A DNA stretch of 54,005 nucleotides from a virus (Duplodnaviria > Caudoviricetes), in the IMG/VR virus record IMGVR_UViG_3300035135_002245, positions 1 through 54,005 of that record; one strand, written 5' to 3'. Below the pieces are notes generated by a model. The model saw only the letters and a list, made by a program, of their open reading frames with translations. It searched no databases and was not told where the DNA came from. The translations under genes and the position numbers were made by a program. Of the stretch, positions 1-7,638 are shown piece after piece (the stretch's first letter is position 1; every line of letters begins with the position of its first letter).

Positions 1-360
1 GAAACTTATCGCTTCTTTCTCATATGGGTGAGATACATAATCATGACCCATATTGTAATATCTTTTGAACCAAGTTGGTGATTGTAAGTAGTGAATGTAT
101 TCGTGGATAAGAGTTTGAATAACCATCTTTCTACTTTTCATCTGAGGATAGTAAATACTAATCTCATTCAACATTGAACAATACTCAGCATGACAACTAT
201 CTTCATCACCACTAGAACCTTCAATTCCACTATATTTTTCGTAAATATTTCTGTGAGTTTCAACATAAGGAGTACATTCTTGGAACTTAGAAAATCCATA
301 ATGTTTCTCTATCTTAGGGAAAACTTCGTTGATTATTTCTTTAACTTTTGATTCTGTCAT
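1..360 (-). CDS. Zincin-like (HExxH) metallopeptidase, runs off the window end
   Basis: Not in the ORF track. Manual translation from ATG at 360: MTESKVKEIINEVFPKIEKHYG...LIHEYIHYLQ...HPYEKEAISF, giving HExxH plus a downstream Glu. A promoter motif lies directly upstream. Confidence 0.7.
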   Translation of the reverse strand, partial: MTESKVKEIINEVFPKIEKHYGFSKFQECTPYVETHRNIYEKYSGIEGSSGDEDSCHAEYCSMLNEISIYYPQMKSRKMVIQTLIHEYIHYLQSPTWFKRYYNMGHDYVSHPYEKEAISF

Positions 361-378
361 AACTCTCAATCTTACATA

Positions 379-411
379 GCTAATATAAGAAAAATAGCCG
401 AGACCACAATG
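379..411 (-). promoter_or_regulatory. Bacteroidota-type (-33/-7) early promoter, copy 1
   Basis: Minus strand cattgtggtctcggctatttttcttatattagc. It shares the TATTTTTC(T/G)TATATTAGC core with three other intergenic sites, and 367-398 is nearly identical to 38871-38902. Confidence 0.65.
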
Positions 412-422
412 GCATTTTTGAA

Positions 423-1052
423 TTATTTTGCTAAATGTGAAGATAAATATCCTGCGATTCTACCAGCTTTTATTTGTAGATGTTCCCACTGGTCTTTGGT
501 TAGTTTTTTCTTTCTTGATACAAAATCAACTCCTAATGAACCAATAAACTTATCATCTAAGGTAAACATCGGAATCACATAGGAAGATTTTGTTCCTACT
601 GAATCTGCTGCTCCTTTTAATCCATAGGTTGCGATTGTTTTATCTTTGAAATCTGGTATGAATATTCCTTTTTGTTCATCATTTAACATATGATTAAAAG
701 CGTGTGGGTAAAGTGAACAAGGAATATTATTGAAAATATGTGATACTGAAGATGTACCTGGTTTTGTAACTTCGTAGAATATTGAGAACTTTTGAATTGA
801 TTTACCTGTGGGATAAAAATTACCACCATTGTGAAACTGAGAAATCCAAACTCTACAAGATTCAAATTCGTTTCTGATTTCTTCTATTTCATCAGTAATA
901 AGTGCGGTGTTTACTATGGTTTCTTTAACCTTATCTCTTTTCTTATCTATTTGTTGTCTTTTATATCTATCAATTAATAAATAAAGTATTGGCCCAACTA
1001 CACCCGTTAAAAATGCTCCTAATAGTTCCATGATATGATTATGTTCGTCCAT
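423..1052 (-). CDS. Single-TM protein with C-terminal GAF-like domain; possible T4 T-type holin
   Basis: N-terminal hydrophobic helix LLGAFLTGVVGPILYLLI, then a GAF-like pattern (RVWISQFHNGG...SYVIPMF...FIGSLGVDF); 209 aa. Confidence 0.45.
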   Translation of the reverse strand: MDEHNHIMELLGAFLTGVVGPILYLLIDRYKRQQIDKKRDKVKETIVNTALITDEIEEIRNEFESCRVWISQFHNGGNFYPTGKSIQKFSIFYEVTKPGTSSVSHIFNNIPCSLYPHAFNHMLNDEQKGIFIPDFKDKTIATYGLKGAADSVGTKSSYVIPMFTLDDKFIGSLGVDFVSRKKKLTKDQWEHLQIKAGRIAGYLSSHLAK

Positions 1053-1375
1053 TATTTCTTCTTATACTCATCGTAATCCTGCATATAATCAGCAACTGTT
1101 TGTAAGTAATCCGAAGATTTAGTTAATTTTTCCTGTACCCAACCTTCTAATTCTTGAAGGTTTCTTTTCTTAATTTCATCGTATATAATTTTTGCAGAAC
1201 GAACAGAGGTTTTTAAGGATGATAATCCCATTCCAACTTCATGGTCATCTTCTTCTTTTATCTGTGATGGTGTTTTAAATGCGGGATAATCTTTGAAGGT
1301 AACTACTCTTCCTAATTCAATTTCATTGTTACCCCACTTTACCTCAGATAATATGTTTTTTAATTTAGTACTCAT
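1052..1375 (-). CDS. Conserved phage hypothetical protein, possible internal head protein
   Basis: DHEVGM...LEGWVQEKLTKSSDYL motif recalled from T4-like marine phage proteins; contains (I/L)xE sites. Confidence 0.55.
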   Translation of the reverse strand: MSTKLKNILSEVKWGNNEIELGRVVTFKDYPAFKTPSQIKEEDDHEVGMGLSSLKTSVRSAKIIYDEIKKRNLQELEGWVQEKLTKSSDYLQTVADYMQDYDEYKKK

Positions 1376-1992
1376 TATGCCATATCTCTTCTTGCAGCAG
1401 CTGCTGCTTTTCTTGTACTTCCAATAGGCCCACCCATTGATTTATACATTAAACTCTGGTGTGATTTAACTAAACCTAAATACTTTTTAAGTAAATCTTT
1501 TTGTATAGCACCATATTGTTTCATTGATAACTTTCCATCTTTATACATCTTGAATAAAGGTGCCTTACTTTTATTCATTTTTATTTTACTTTTATCAATA
1601 GTTCCACTTACATTTTTAACAGTAATACCTGAGATTACATCTGATGGTTTTTGTGGATATCCTAATATCTGTGCAACATCTTTGAAATACTTTTGAATTT
1701 GTGCTCCACCTTTTACTTTAGAATGTGGATATTTTATAAGTTGATTTGCTAAATCTAACAAATCTTTATCTTTCATATTTGGTTTAAAATATTCTTTGTT
1801 GCCAGGAGTAATACTTGCCTCACTTAGTGAACCATGAAACTTTTCTCTACTGATTTCTCTTACAAAGTTTTTAAATTCTGATACTTTCATAATACTTTCT
1901 CGTTTCTTCTTACCGGCACAATGTGCTTTTTGTGAAAATCCCTTTGGATTACTGCAATTTATACTCTTCTTATACTTATCACTCCATGCCAT
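1375..1992 (-). CDS. Lys-rich phage hypothetical protein, possible internal head protein
   Basis: N-terminal WSDKYKKSINCSNPKGFSQKAHC mini-domain, recalled from T4-like phage proteins; LSE^A-type candidate cleavage site. Confidence 0.55.
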   Translation of the reverse strand: MAWSDKYKKSINCSNPKGFSQKAHCAGKKKRESIMKVSEFKNFVREISREKFHGSLSEASITPGNKEYFKPNMKDKDLLDLANQLIKYPHSKVKGGAQIQKYFKDVAQILGYPQKPSDVISGITVKNVSGTIDKSKIKMNKSKAPLFKMYKDGKLSMKQYGAIQKDLLKKYLGLVKSHQSLMYKSMGGPIGSTRKAAAAARRDMA

Positions 1993-2026
1993 TATACTAT
2001 ATAAGTATAAAAAAATAAAAGTATAA

Positions 2027-2674
2027 TTATATTTTCTCTTTTATAAAGTTATACATTCTGTTTCCTAAACTTTCACCTACCCTAGAATCGGATGGAAAGT
2101 GTGCTCGTCCAATATTTCTACTATATGATATATCTTTACCTTCTTTCATAAACTCTTGACCAGCGTGGGGATATTTGGTTGCTAACACCTTACTAATAAG
2201 AATACCTTGTGTAGAATGACCTGATGGAAATGATGGTGTTTTCATTGAAGGTAAAATCATCTGTTTAGTTAATTTCATATCAAATTTTTCTGCAAGTTGT
2301 GTTGGTCTTGGTCTATTATGATGCCATTTTAAATCTAAAATAATCCCTGCAGAACTTTTTACTAAAGTATCTACTAGTTCTTTTGGATATTCAATACCAT
2401 TGTTTTTACATATCTTTTCAAAACATTGTTCTATTTCATCTTTTTCTTTGACAAAATCTTCATCAATAGGTAATGCCTTCAATGTTTTTAGTTCGTAATA
2501 AGTTTGTAATGATTCGTTTTTTGGAAATTTAAGATTGTGTTTGAATTCTGAATAATCAAAATCTTTGAAGATACCATCTTTAACACCATCTATTTTTTTG
2601 ATATGCTTTTCTTTTGGTTCTCCTGGATATTTTAATGCTTTTATATCTTCTATATTTTCAAAGGTGTACATCAT
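2027..2674 (-). CDS. PAP2 / vanadium-haloperoxidase-superfamily phosphatase
   Basis: All three motifs present: KWHHNRPRP, PSFPSGH and SRNIGRAHFPSD. Confidence 0.85.
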   Translation of the reverse strand: MMYTFENIEDIKALKYPGEPKEKHIKKIDGVKDGIFKDFDYSEFKHNLKFPKNESLQTYYELKTLKALPIDEDFVKEKDEIEQCFEKICKNNGIEYPKELVDTLVKSSAGIILDLKWHHNRPRPTQLAEKFDMKLTKQMILPSMKTPSFPSGHSTQGILISKVLATKYPHAGQEFMKEGKDISYSRNIGRAHFPSDSRVGESLGNRMYNFIKEKI

Positions 2675-2685
2675 AAATATAAATA

Positions 2686-2871
2686 TTAACCTTTTATTTT
2701 ATTCCATAAATCTAGAGCCTTTGAAGTTACTGACTCTACACCTTTACCAATCTTTTTTGAGATTTGTTTGGCTAAAGGTTTAGGTAATACTTTTTCTAAC
2801 TGTTTTTTTGATTTAGATTTAGCAACTAAACCACTTCCTTTTTCTATTATTTTTTCTTTTAACTTTCCCAT
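2686..2871 (-). CDS. Small basic hypothetical protein
   Basis: 61 aa Lys-rich ORF packed in the minus-strand gene train. Confidence 0.55.
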   Translation of the reverse strand: MGKLKEKIIEKGSGLVAKSKSKKQLEKVLPKPLAKQISKKIGKGVESVTSKALDLWNKIKG

Positions 2872-3065
2872 TGAACACCTCGTCTCACTAATTCTTTTCT
2901 TATAACCTCTTTCTTCCTTTTGTATGAAGGGTTTTTATAATATTTTATTAATTCTTCATTGGAAGTATTGGACACTGTATAATGTTTCCATGCCCATTTA
3001 TTGGTCATTCTCCCTCTTGCATCTCTAACGTATTCTTTTGTACTCGGTTTTATTTTTACTGGCAT
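2859..3065 (-). CDS. Small basic hypothetical protein
   Basis: 68 aa ORF, tightly packed with its neighbours. Confidence 0.6.
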   Translation of the reverse strand: MPVKIKPSTKEYVRDARGRMTNKWAWKHYTVSNTSNEELIKYYKNPSYKRKKEVIRKELVRRGVQWES

Positions 3066-3066
3066 C

Positions 3067-3159
3067 TTATTTATCTAACCACTTAAACCACCTATTCATA
3101 ATAAACCAAAATGCAAAAAACATTCCGATTACCTTTAGTAAGGTGAATATGGTCTCCAT
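3067..3159 (-). CDS. 30 aa membrane microprotein
   Basis: Manual translation METIFTLLKVIGMFFAFWFIMNRWFKWLDK*. It fills the gap and is preceded by the ATACTTAT motif at 3165-3172. Confidence 0.5.
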   Translation of the reverse strand: METIFTLLKVIGMFFAFWFIMNRWFKWLDK

Positions 3160-3191
3160 ACCCTATAAGTATTTAGATACCCTCTCAAAAG

Positions 3192-3722
3192 TTATAATTT
3201 ATTTGGGTTATCTAATCTAAAGTATATTGTACCACCAACATATGGTCTCAATTTACCCACACCAGTTTCTTTGTCTAGTAAATCATTTCTAAATCCTACA
3301 TCTAAACTGAACATTTTATCACTCTTGAATTTATGAAGGATTTGAACATTTGCCCCACTAAAATAGTTTTCTAAATCATATTGATAAGCAAATCCTGCAT
3401 ACCATTTTGATTCTGGTAATTCATACTTTGGTACAAATACTTCATATGGTTTATCTACATAAACAGTTTTGATTACCTCAATTGGTTTTTCTATCTCTTT
3501 GATTATTTCTACTGTTACTGTATCGGTTTTTGTTTCTGTAATATATTTTGGTACAAATACTTTTTTCTCTACTAATTTTTCAACATAGATACTATCAATG
3601 ACAGTCTGAAGTACTTCTATTTCTTTAATCTTTTCTACTTCTTGTATTGTTGGATTAAAGAATAACCAAAGTGATAATCCAGTCAAAAATCCTATTACAC
3701 CTAATTCTATTTTGTTTTTCAT
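3192..3722 (-). CDS. Membrane-anchored protein with V/E/K-rich stalk and C-terminal beta-rich domain
   Basis: N-terminal TM helix, VEK/IEK repeats and amphipathic beta-strands (WYAGFAYQY, YVGGTIYFRL); upstream AAGGAG. Confidence 0.65.
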   Translation of the reverse strand: MKNKIELGVIGFLTGLSLWLFFNPTIQEVEKIKEIEVLQTVIDSIYVEKLVEKKVFVPKYITETKTDTVTVEIIKEIEKPIEVIKTVYVDKPYEVFVPKYELPESKWYAGFAYQYDLENYFSGANVQILHKFKSDKMFSLDVGFRNDLLDKETGVGKLRPYVGGTIYFRLDNPNKL

Positions 3723-3734
3723 ATTTAATTCTCC

Positions 3735-5558
3735 TTAAAAGGGTAACTTTGCACCTATCATAAACGAATTCATTATTGGTACAAACTCATTACTACTATA
3801 AATTATCGTCCATCCTGCATTGAACGAAAATGATTTTGTTAATTGTATTGTGAAGGAATTTGCAAGGATTCCTATAAAATCTTTTGATGTTGTTGCAAAG
3901 GCATCAAACTCATCCATTTTTTGTGTATATGAAATTGGGTTTTGTGCCATTATTAAAGCTGGTGAATAAGTTATTCTGTTGTTTACCTTTACCATATTTG
4001 CATAAAGTATATTGTATCCACCAGAACCCATCTTAGGCATTTCATTTCCTAATGCATCTTTACCAAACATAAATGAATAGTTGATACCAAGTCCAACTGT
4101 TCCCCATTTACCTAATGGTTTCATTCTACTGAGAGATAAAGTTGTTGAATTCATATCAAAGTTTCTCATGTAAGATAAGTTGATACCATCTACCCAAGTT
4201 ACTTGGTAGTTATCATTCAAACTAACTTTACTTCTACCTATTGTTAAACCAGCCTGTTTAAGATTATCATAAATCATTAAGTTTGCTGTATTTGTTACAT
4301 CACCATAAATTGATGATTGAGATGCACCTATATTAAGAACTTGGTTATAATCCAATGTTAGTGCCTGTTGTGCCATTATATCTGCTTTTAATTGGATTGG
4401 CATGAATCGTTTTTCTTTTTCTTCTTCCTCTTCCTCTTCTTCTTCGGATTCTTCATCGGATTCCTCTTCCTCTTCTTCCTCTTCTTCAGATTCTTCTTCC
4501 TCTTCTTCCTCTTCACTCTCTTCTTCAGATTCTTCTTCCTCTTCACTTTCTTCTTCAGATTCTTCTTCACTTTCTTCTTCACTTTCTTCAGTTTCTTCTT
4601 CAGAATCATCGGATTCATCAGAATCATCATCACCATCTGAGTCATCTCCATCTGAGTCATCATCACCATCCCCATCTGAATCATCTCCGTCTCCATCACC
4701 ATCTGAGTCATCTCCATCGGAATCTGAATCTCCATCACTATCTCCATCGGAATCTGAATCACCATCTCCATCTCCATCAGAATCACCCCCACTATCGGAA
4801 TCAGAATCTCCATCGGAATCACCGCCTCCATCTGAATCGGAGTCTCCCCCACCATCACCATCGGAATCTCCACCACTTCCATCATCACCACCAGAACTTC
4901 CATCATCTCCGCCAGAATCTCCACCACTACCATCATCACCGCCAGAGCCATCACCGCCTCCATCTGAACCATTTCCGCTATCTCCACCAGAGTCTCCACC
5001 ACTATCTCCACCAGAATCAGAACCACTTCCACTAGAATCAGAACCGCTTCCACTATCTCCACCTGATGAACCACTACCACTATCTCCACCACTTGAGCCA
5101 GATGAACCACTATCTCCACCACTCGAACCACTTCCGCTCGAACCTGATGAACCACTACTTCCACTTGAAGATGAACCACTCGAACCACTTGTATTGGTTG
5201 AACCAGTATTCCCACTTGTGTTTGTATTGTTCGTGGCGTTACTTGTTGAGTTTGTTGCGTTGTTTGCTGCGTTTTGGGCGTTTGTTGCTTGGTTTTGAGC
5301 TGTTGAACATGGTGAAAGTGCTGCCCACCATGCATATTTTTGAGCTAACCATTGATGAAGTTCACCATTTGTATATTGTTCGTAAGTAAATAATTTAGCT
5401 TCGTTGTAGAATGCAACTATTGCAGAGCCAGTTGTGAAGTTTGCGGTAACAACTTGTACCTCACCAGTACATCTATCTACAAATGTCTGTGTGAATGTTT
5501 GTCCATAACTAATATTAGTTAAGAACAGAAAGAATAATATCGATAGTAGTTTTCTCAT
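3735..5558 (-). CDS. Secreted protein: small N-domain, very long G/S/D/E linker, C-terminal putative outer-membrane beta-barrel
   Basis: Signal peptide MRKLLSILFFLFLTNISYG, about 280 aa of low-complexity linker, alternating beta-strands and a terminal Phe (MIGAKLPF). Confidence 0.75.
   Translation of the reverse strand: MRKLLSILFFLFLTNISYGQTFTQTFVDRCTGEVQVVTANFTTGSAIVAFYNEAKLFTYEQYTNGELHQWLAQKYAWWAALSPCSTAQNQATNAQNAANNATNSTSNATNNTNTSGNTGSTNTSGSSGSSSSGSSGSSGSSGSGSSGGDSGSSGSSGGDSGSGSSGGDSGSGSDSSGSGSDSGGDSGGDSGGDSGNGSDGGGDGSGGDDGSGGDSGGDDGSSGGDDGSGGDSDGDGGGDSDSDGGGDSDGDSDSDSGGDSDGDGDGDSDSDGDSDGDSDSDGDDSDGDGDGDDSDGDGDDDSDGDDSDGDDDSDESDDSEEETEESEEESEEESEEESEEEEESEEESEEEEEEEESEEEEEEEEESDEESEEEEEEEEEKEKRFMPIQLKADIMAQQALTLDYNQVLNIGASQSSIYGDVTNTANLMIYDNLKQAGLTIGRSKVSLNDNYQVTWVDGINLSYMRNFDMNSTTLSLSRMKPLGKWGTVGLGINYSFMFGKDALGNEMPKMGSGGYNILYANMVKVNNRITYSPALIMAQNPISYTQKMDEFDAFATTSKDFIGILANSFTIQLTKSFSFNAGWTIIYSSNEFVPIMNSFMIGAKLPF
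4408..5200. repeat. Coding low-complexity degenerate tandem repeats (GGDSG, DGDSD, EEESE units)
   Basis: Repeated tcttcttcctcttc, ccatcggaatc and ccactatctcca units on the + strand; these encode the linker of 3735..5558. Confidence 0.9.
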
Positions 5559-5563
5559 TCATC

Positions 5564-6283
5564 TTAATTCTCAAAAATGCCCTTTCTTATCATTCTTGCT
5601 ACTATTCTTGCTGAAGCGGTTTCCAACGCTTTTCTGGTAGTTACTCCAATTGCTGACTGTCTGAAATTTATTTCTTCCAAATCTAACCCCAGCAAACCTT
5701 CTTGGGTTTTTACTGTATTTGCTTCTCCAAGACCAGAACCTACAAAGTAAGTACCATTCTCTGCGTTAGTAAACCTAACTTGTAATCCCAAACGAGTTGT
5801 TTGTGTTTGTTTAGAACCATCTTTTAGGGATAAAACCTCATCTTCTGAAACTGAAAAATCATAAATTTCAATTGTAACAAAATATTTTGCTAACATGATT
5901 TTTCCAACACCATAAACCTCGTTTTGTGAAACACCTTTTCTCGATGCAACCCATTGTGTTTTCATTCTATCTTTGATAGCATCTTTTTCTTCAACAAACT
6001 CAAATCGGTTAGTCCAATCTAAATACTCAATTACCATATTGGTAACTCCTAAACCAATTCTTGCATCTTTTAAATCAGGCCACATTTCGTAAACCACATC
6101 TGATGCTGAAATGTTGATAAGTGCTATTGGAATAGTTTCACCCCAATAATCTGAAACATCATCGATAGATTTTTTCTTTTCGAATTCTGCTTGGTAAGTT
6201 TCTGCTTCAATCTTACCCACAGTTTGTGAGAATCCTAAATGAGAAACAAATAATAACAATATAATAAGAATTTTATTTGTCAT
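5564..6283 (-). CDS. CsgG-family (curli secretion pore-like) protein
   Basis: Signal peptide plus the CsgG-like pattern LGVTNMVIEYL..TNRFEFVE, AKYFVTIEIYDF and LGLQVRFTNAENG. Confidence 0.7.
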   Translation of the reverse strand: MTNKILIILLLFVSHLGFSQTVGKIEAETYQAEFEKKKSIDDVSDYWGETIPIALINISASDVVYEMWPDLKDARIGLGVTNMVIEYLDWTNRFEFVEEKDAIKDRMKTQWVASRKGVSQNEVYGVGKIMLAKYFVTIEIYDFSVSEDEVLSLKDGSKQTQTTRLGLQVRFTNAENGTYFVGSGLGEANTVKTQEGLLGLDLEEINFRQSAIGVTTRKALETASARIVARMIRKGIFEN

Positions 6284-6383
6284 CTTTTTTATTCATATGT
6301 TTTGTAAGTTCAGGATAAAATTGTAGAAAGAATCCATCAATTTTATCAATCACTTTGATTAATTTTTCTTTTAAATTTTTCAT
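6273..6383 (-). CDS. 36 aa hypothetical protein
   Basis: Manual translation MKNLKEKLIKVIDKIDGFFLQFYPELTKHMNKKDDK*; ATGA overlap with the upstream ORF. Confidence 0.45.
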   Translation of the reverse strand: MKNLKEKLIKVIDKIDGFFLQFYPELTKHMNKKDDK

Positions 6384-6475
6384 AATTGTGTTGCCATTAA
6401 AAATATTGCGAATAGAACACAACTGAATAGTATTCCATACCAACACTTACAAACGGCATCTAATAAATTTTTCAT
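6380..6475 (-). CDS. 31 aa membrane microprotein
   Basis: Manual translation MKNLLDAVCKCWYGILFSCVLFAIFLMATQL*; hydrophobic and fills the gap. Confidence 0.5.
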   Translation of the reverse strand: MKNLLDAVCKCWYGILFSCVLFAIFLMATQL

Positions 6476-6480
6476 TTTAA

Positions 6481-6672
6481 CTACCCTAAAGTATCAAAAA
6501 TACCAAATGTGGCATTTTGAATATCTGCTTCACCTGATATAATTCCATACATCAGTACTGAAAAACCTAATGCGAACAAACCTAGTAAACCAAATATCCA
6601 TACTTTAAGGATAAAGTTCCATATAATGTTCTCGTGCATTCTGTCATTCCAAATTTCTACTAAAACATTCAT
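6481..6672 (-). CDS. Small membrane protein
   Basis: Hydrophobic helix ILKVWIFGLLGLFALGFSVLMYGII; upstream AGGAG. Confidence 0.65.
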   Translation of the reverse strand: MNVLVEIWNDRMHENIIWNFILKVWIFGLLGLFALGFSVLMYGIISGEADIQNATFGIFDTLG

Positions 6673-6693
6673 AATATAATCTCCTATTTTAAA

Positions 6694-6936
6694 TTAACTG
6701 TGAGTTTCTTTTACCGATTTAGGTAACTTCCACCCCATTTTTTTCATAATCCAAGTCCAAAGTCCGGCTAGAGCAAAGAATTGTACTATAAATCCTAATG
6801 CTAACCAACTTGAAACCTCATCGCCAACTCTCATTCTATCAGAGAAAACATACCCATAGACATTTAAATAAGTTACTATTGAAATAAATCCTATTGGCTG
6901 TCCCCATTTTCTAAACCATTTCTTGAAACGATTCAT
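6694..6936 (-). CDS. Small two-TM membrane protein
   Basis: Two hydrophobic segments; upstream AGGAGG. Confidence 0.7.
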   Translation of the reverse strand: MNRFKKWFRKWGQPIGFISIVTYLNVYGYVFSDRMRVGDEVSSWLALGFIVQFFALAGLWTWIMKKMGWKLPKSVKETHS

Positions 6937-6954
6937 ATTAACCTCCTGTATTTA

Positions 6955-7254
6955 CTACCAATCTATCTTTTCTTCTTTTTCTTTTTTCTCTTCGACTGGT
7001 ACTTCTTTAACAATTACCCTTTCCTTAACTGGTTGTTGGTCTGGTATATTTACCACAATTGTTGGTCCTTCAACATTCACTTCTTGTTTGTTTTCTTGAA
7101 CCACTTCAACACCAGCAGTATCCTCATCTTCTATACCAATAAATGATTTAACTTCATCTATGAACATAGTTCCGAGTGCCGTTAGTATTACACCAACTCC
7201 CGCAATAATTTGGTTTTTTAATTTACCAAAAAAACTTTCTTTTTCTTTTGCCAT
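6955..7254 (-). CDS. Single-TM protein with charged C-terminal tail
   Basis: TM segment IIAGVGVILTALGTMFI followed by an E/K/V-rich tail. Confidence 0.7.
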   Translation of the reverse strand: MAKEKESFFGKLKNQIIAGVGVILTALGTMFIDEVKSFIGIEDEDTAGVEVVQENKQEVNVEGPTIVVNIPDQQPVKERVIVKEVPVEEKKEKEEKIDW

Positions 7255-7628
7255 TATTGTACTACGAATGATTCGCTCCCTAATATGTTATGGAATTCAT
7301 CTGTTAATTGAATCATATATCCACTCTTATCTAAAGTTGATGTATAAACTTTTAAGATGTTATCTCCTTCAGTTCCATTAACTCTTTCTTGTGATATCAA
7401 CTCATTATTCATTCCATGTCTGATTTTAATTCTGTAAATACCTGTCTCAGGTAGTTTAACATTCATAGAAACTCTATCAGTTACGATTACACTTTCTAGT
7501 TTTATACCTACAACATCTTTAATTTGTAATGCCTCAGGTACTTCTACGAATGGGTCATTATATAATTCTTCGTCTTTCACACAACTGAATACAAAGAATA
7601 AACTTAATAATATTAATACTTTTTTCAT
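7254..7628 (-). CDS. Lipoprotein with Ig-like beta-sandwich (resembles T9SS C-terminal domain fold)
   Basis: Lipobox FVFS^C; C-terminal LDKSGYMIQLTD...SESFVVQ; upstream AAGGAG. Confidence 0.6.
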   Translation of the reverse strand: MKKVLILLSLFFVFSCVKDEELYNDPFVEVPEALQIKDVVGIKLESVIVTDRVSMNVKLPETGIYRIKIRHGMNNELISQERVNGTEGDNILKVYTSTLDKSGYMIQLTDEFHNILGSESFVVQ

Positions 7629-7638
7629 TTTTTTCTCC

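Noticed and set aside
4408-5200. Possible CRISPR array or curlin repeats
   Set aside because: The repeats are degenerate, codon-phased and have no constant repeat with unique spacers. They also lack the Q/N-x-x-x-x-Q curlin pattern.
4388-5389. Long alternative-frame ORFs (4388..5335 -, 4392..4640 +, 4402..5298 +, 5066..5389 +)
   Set aside because: These are shadows of the low-complexity linker in 3735..5558; repeat codons lack stops in other frames, giving poly-S/F/K products.
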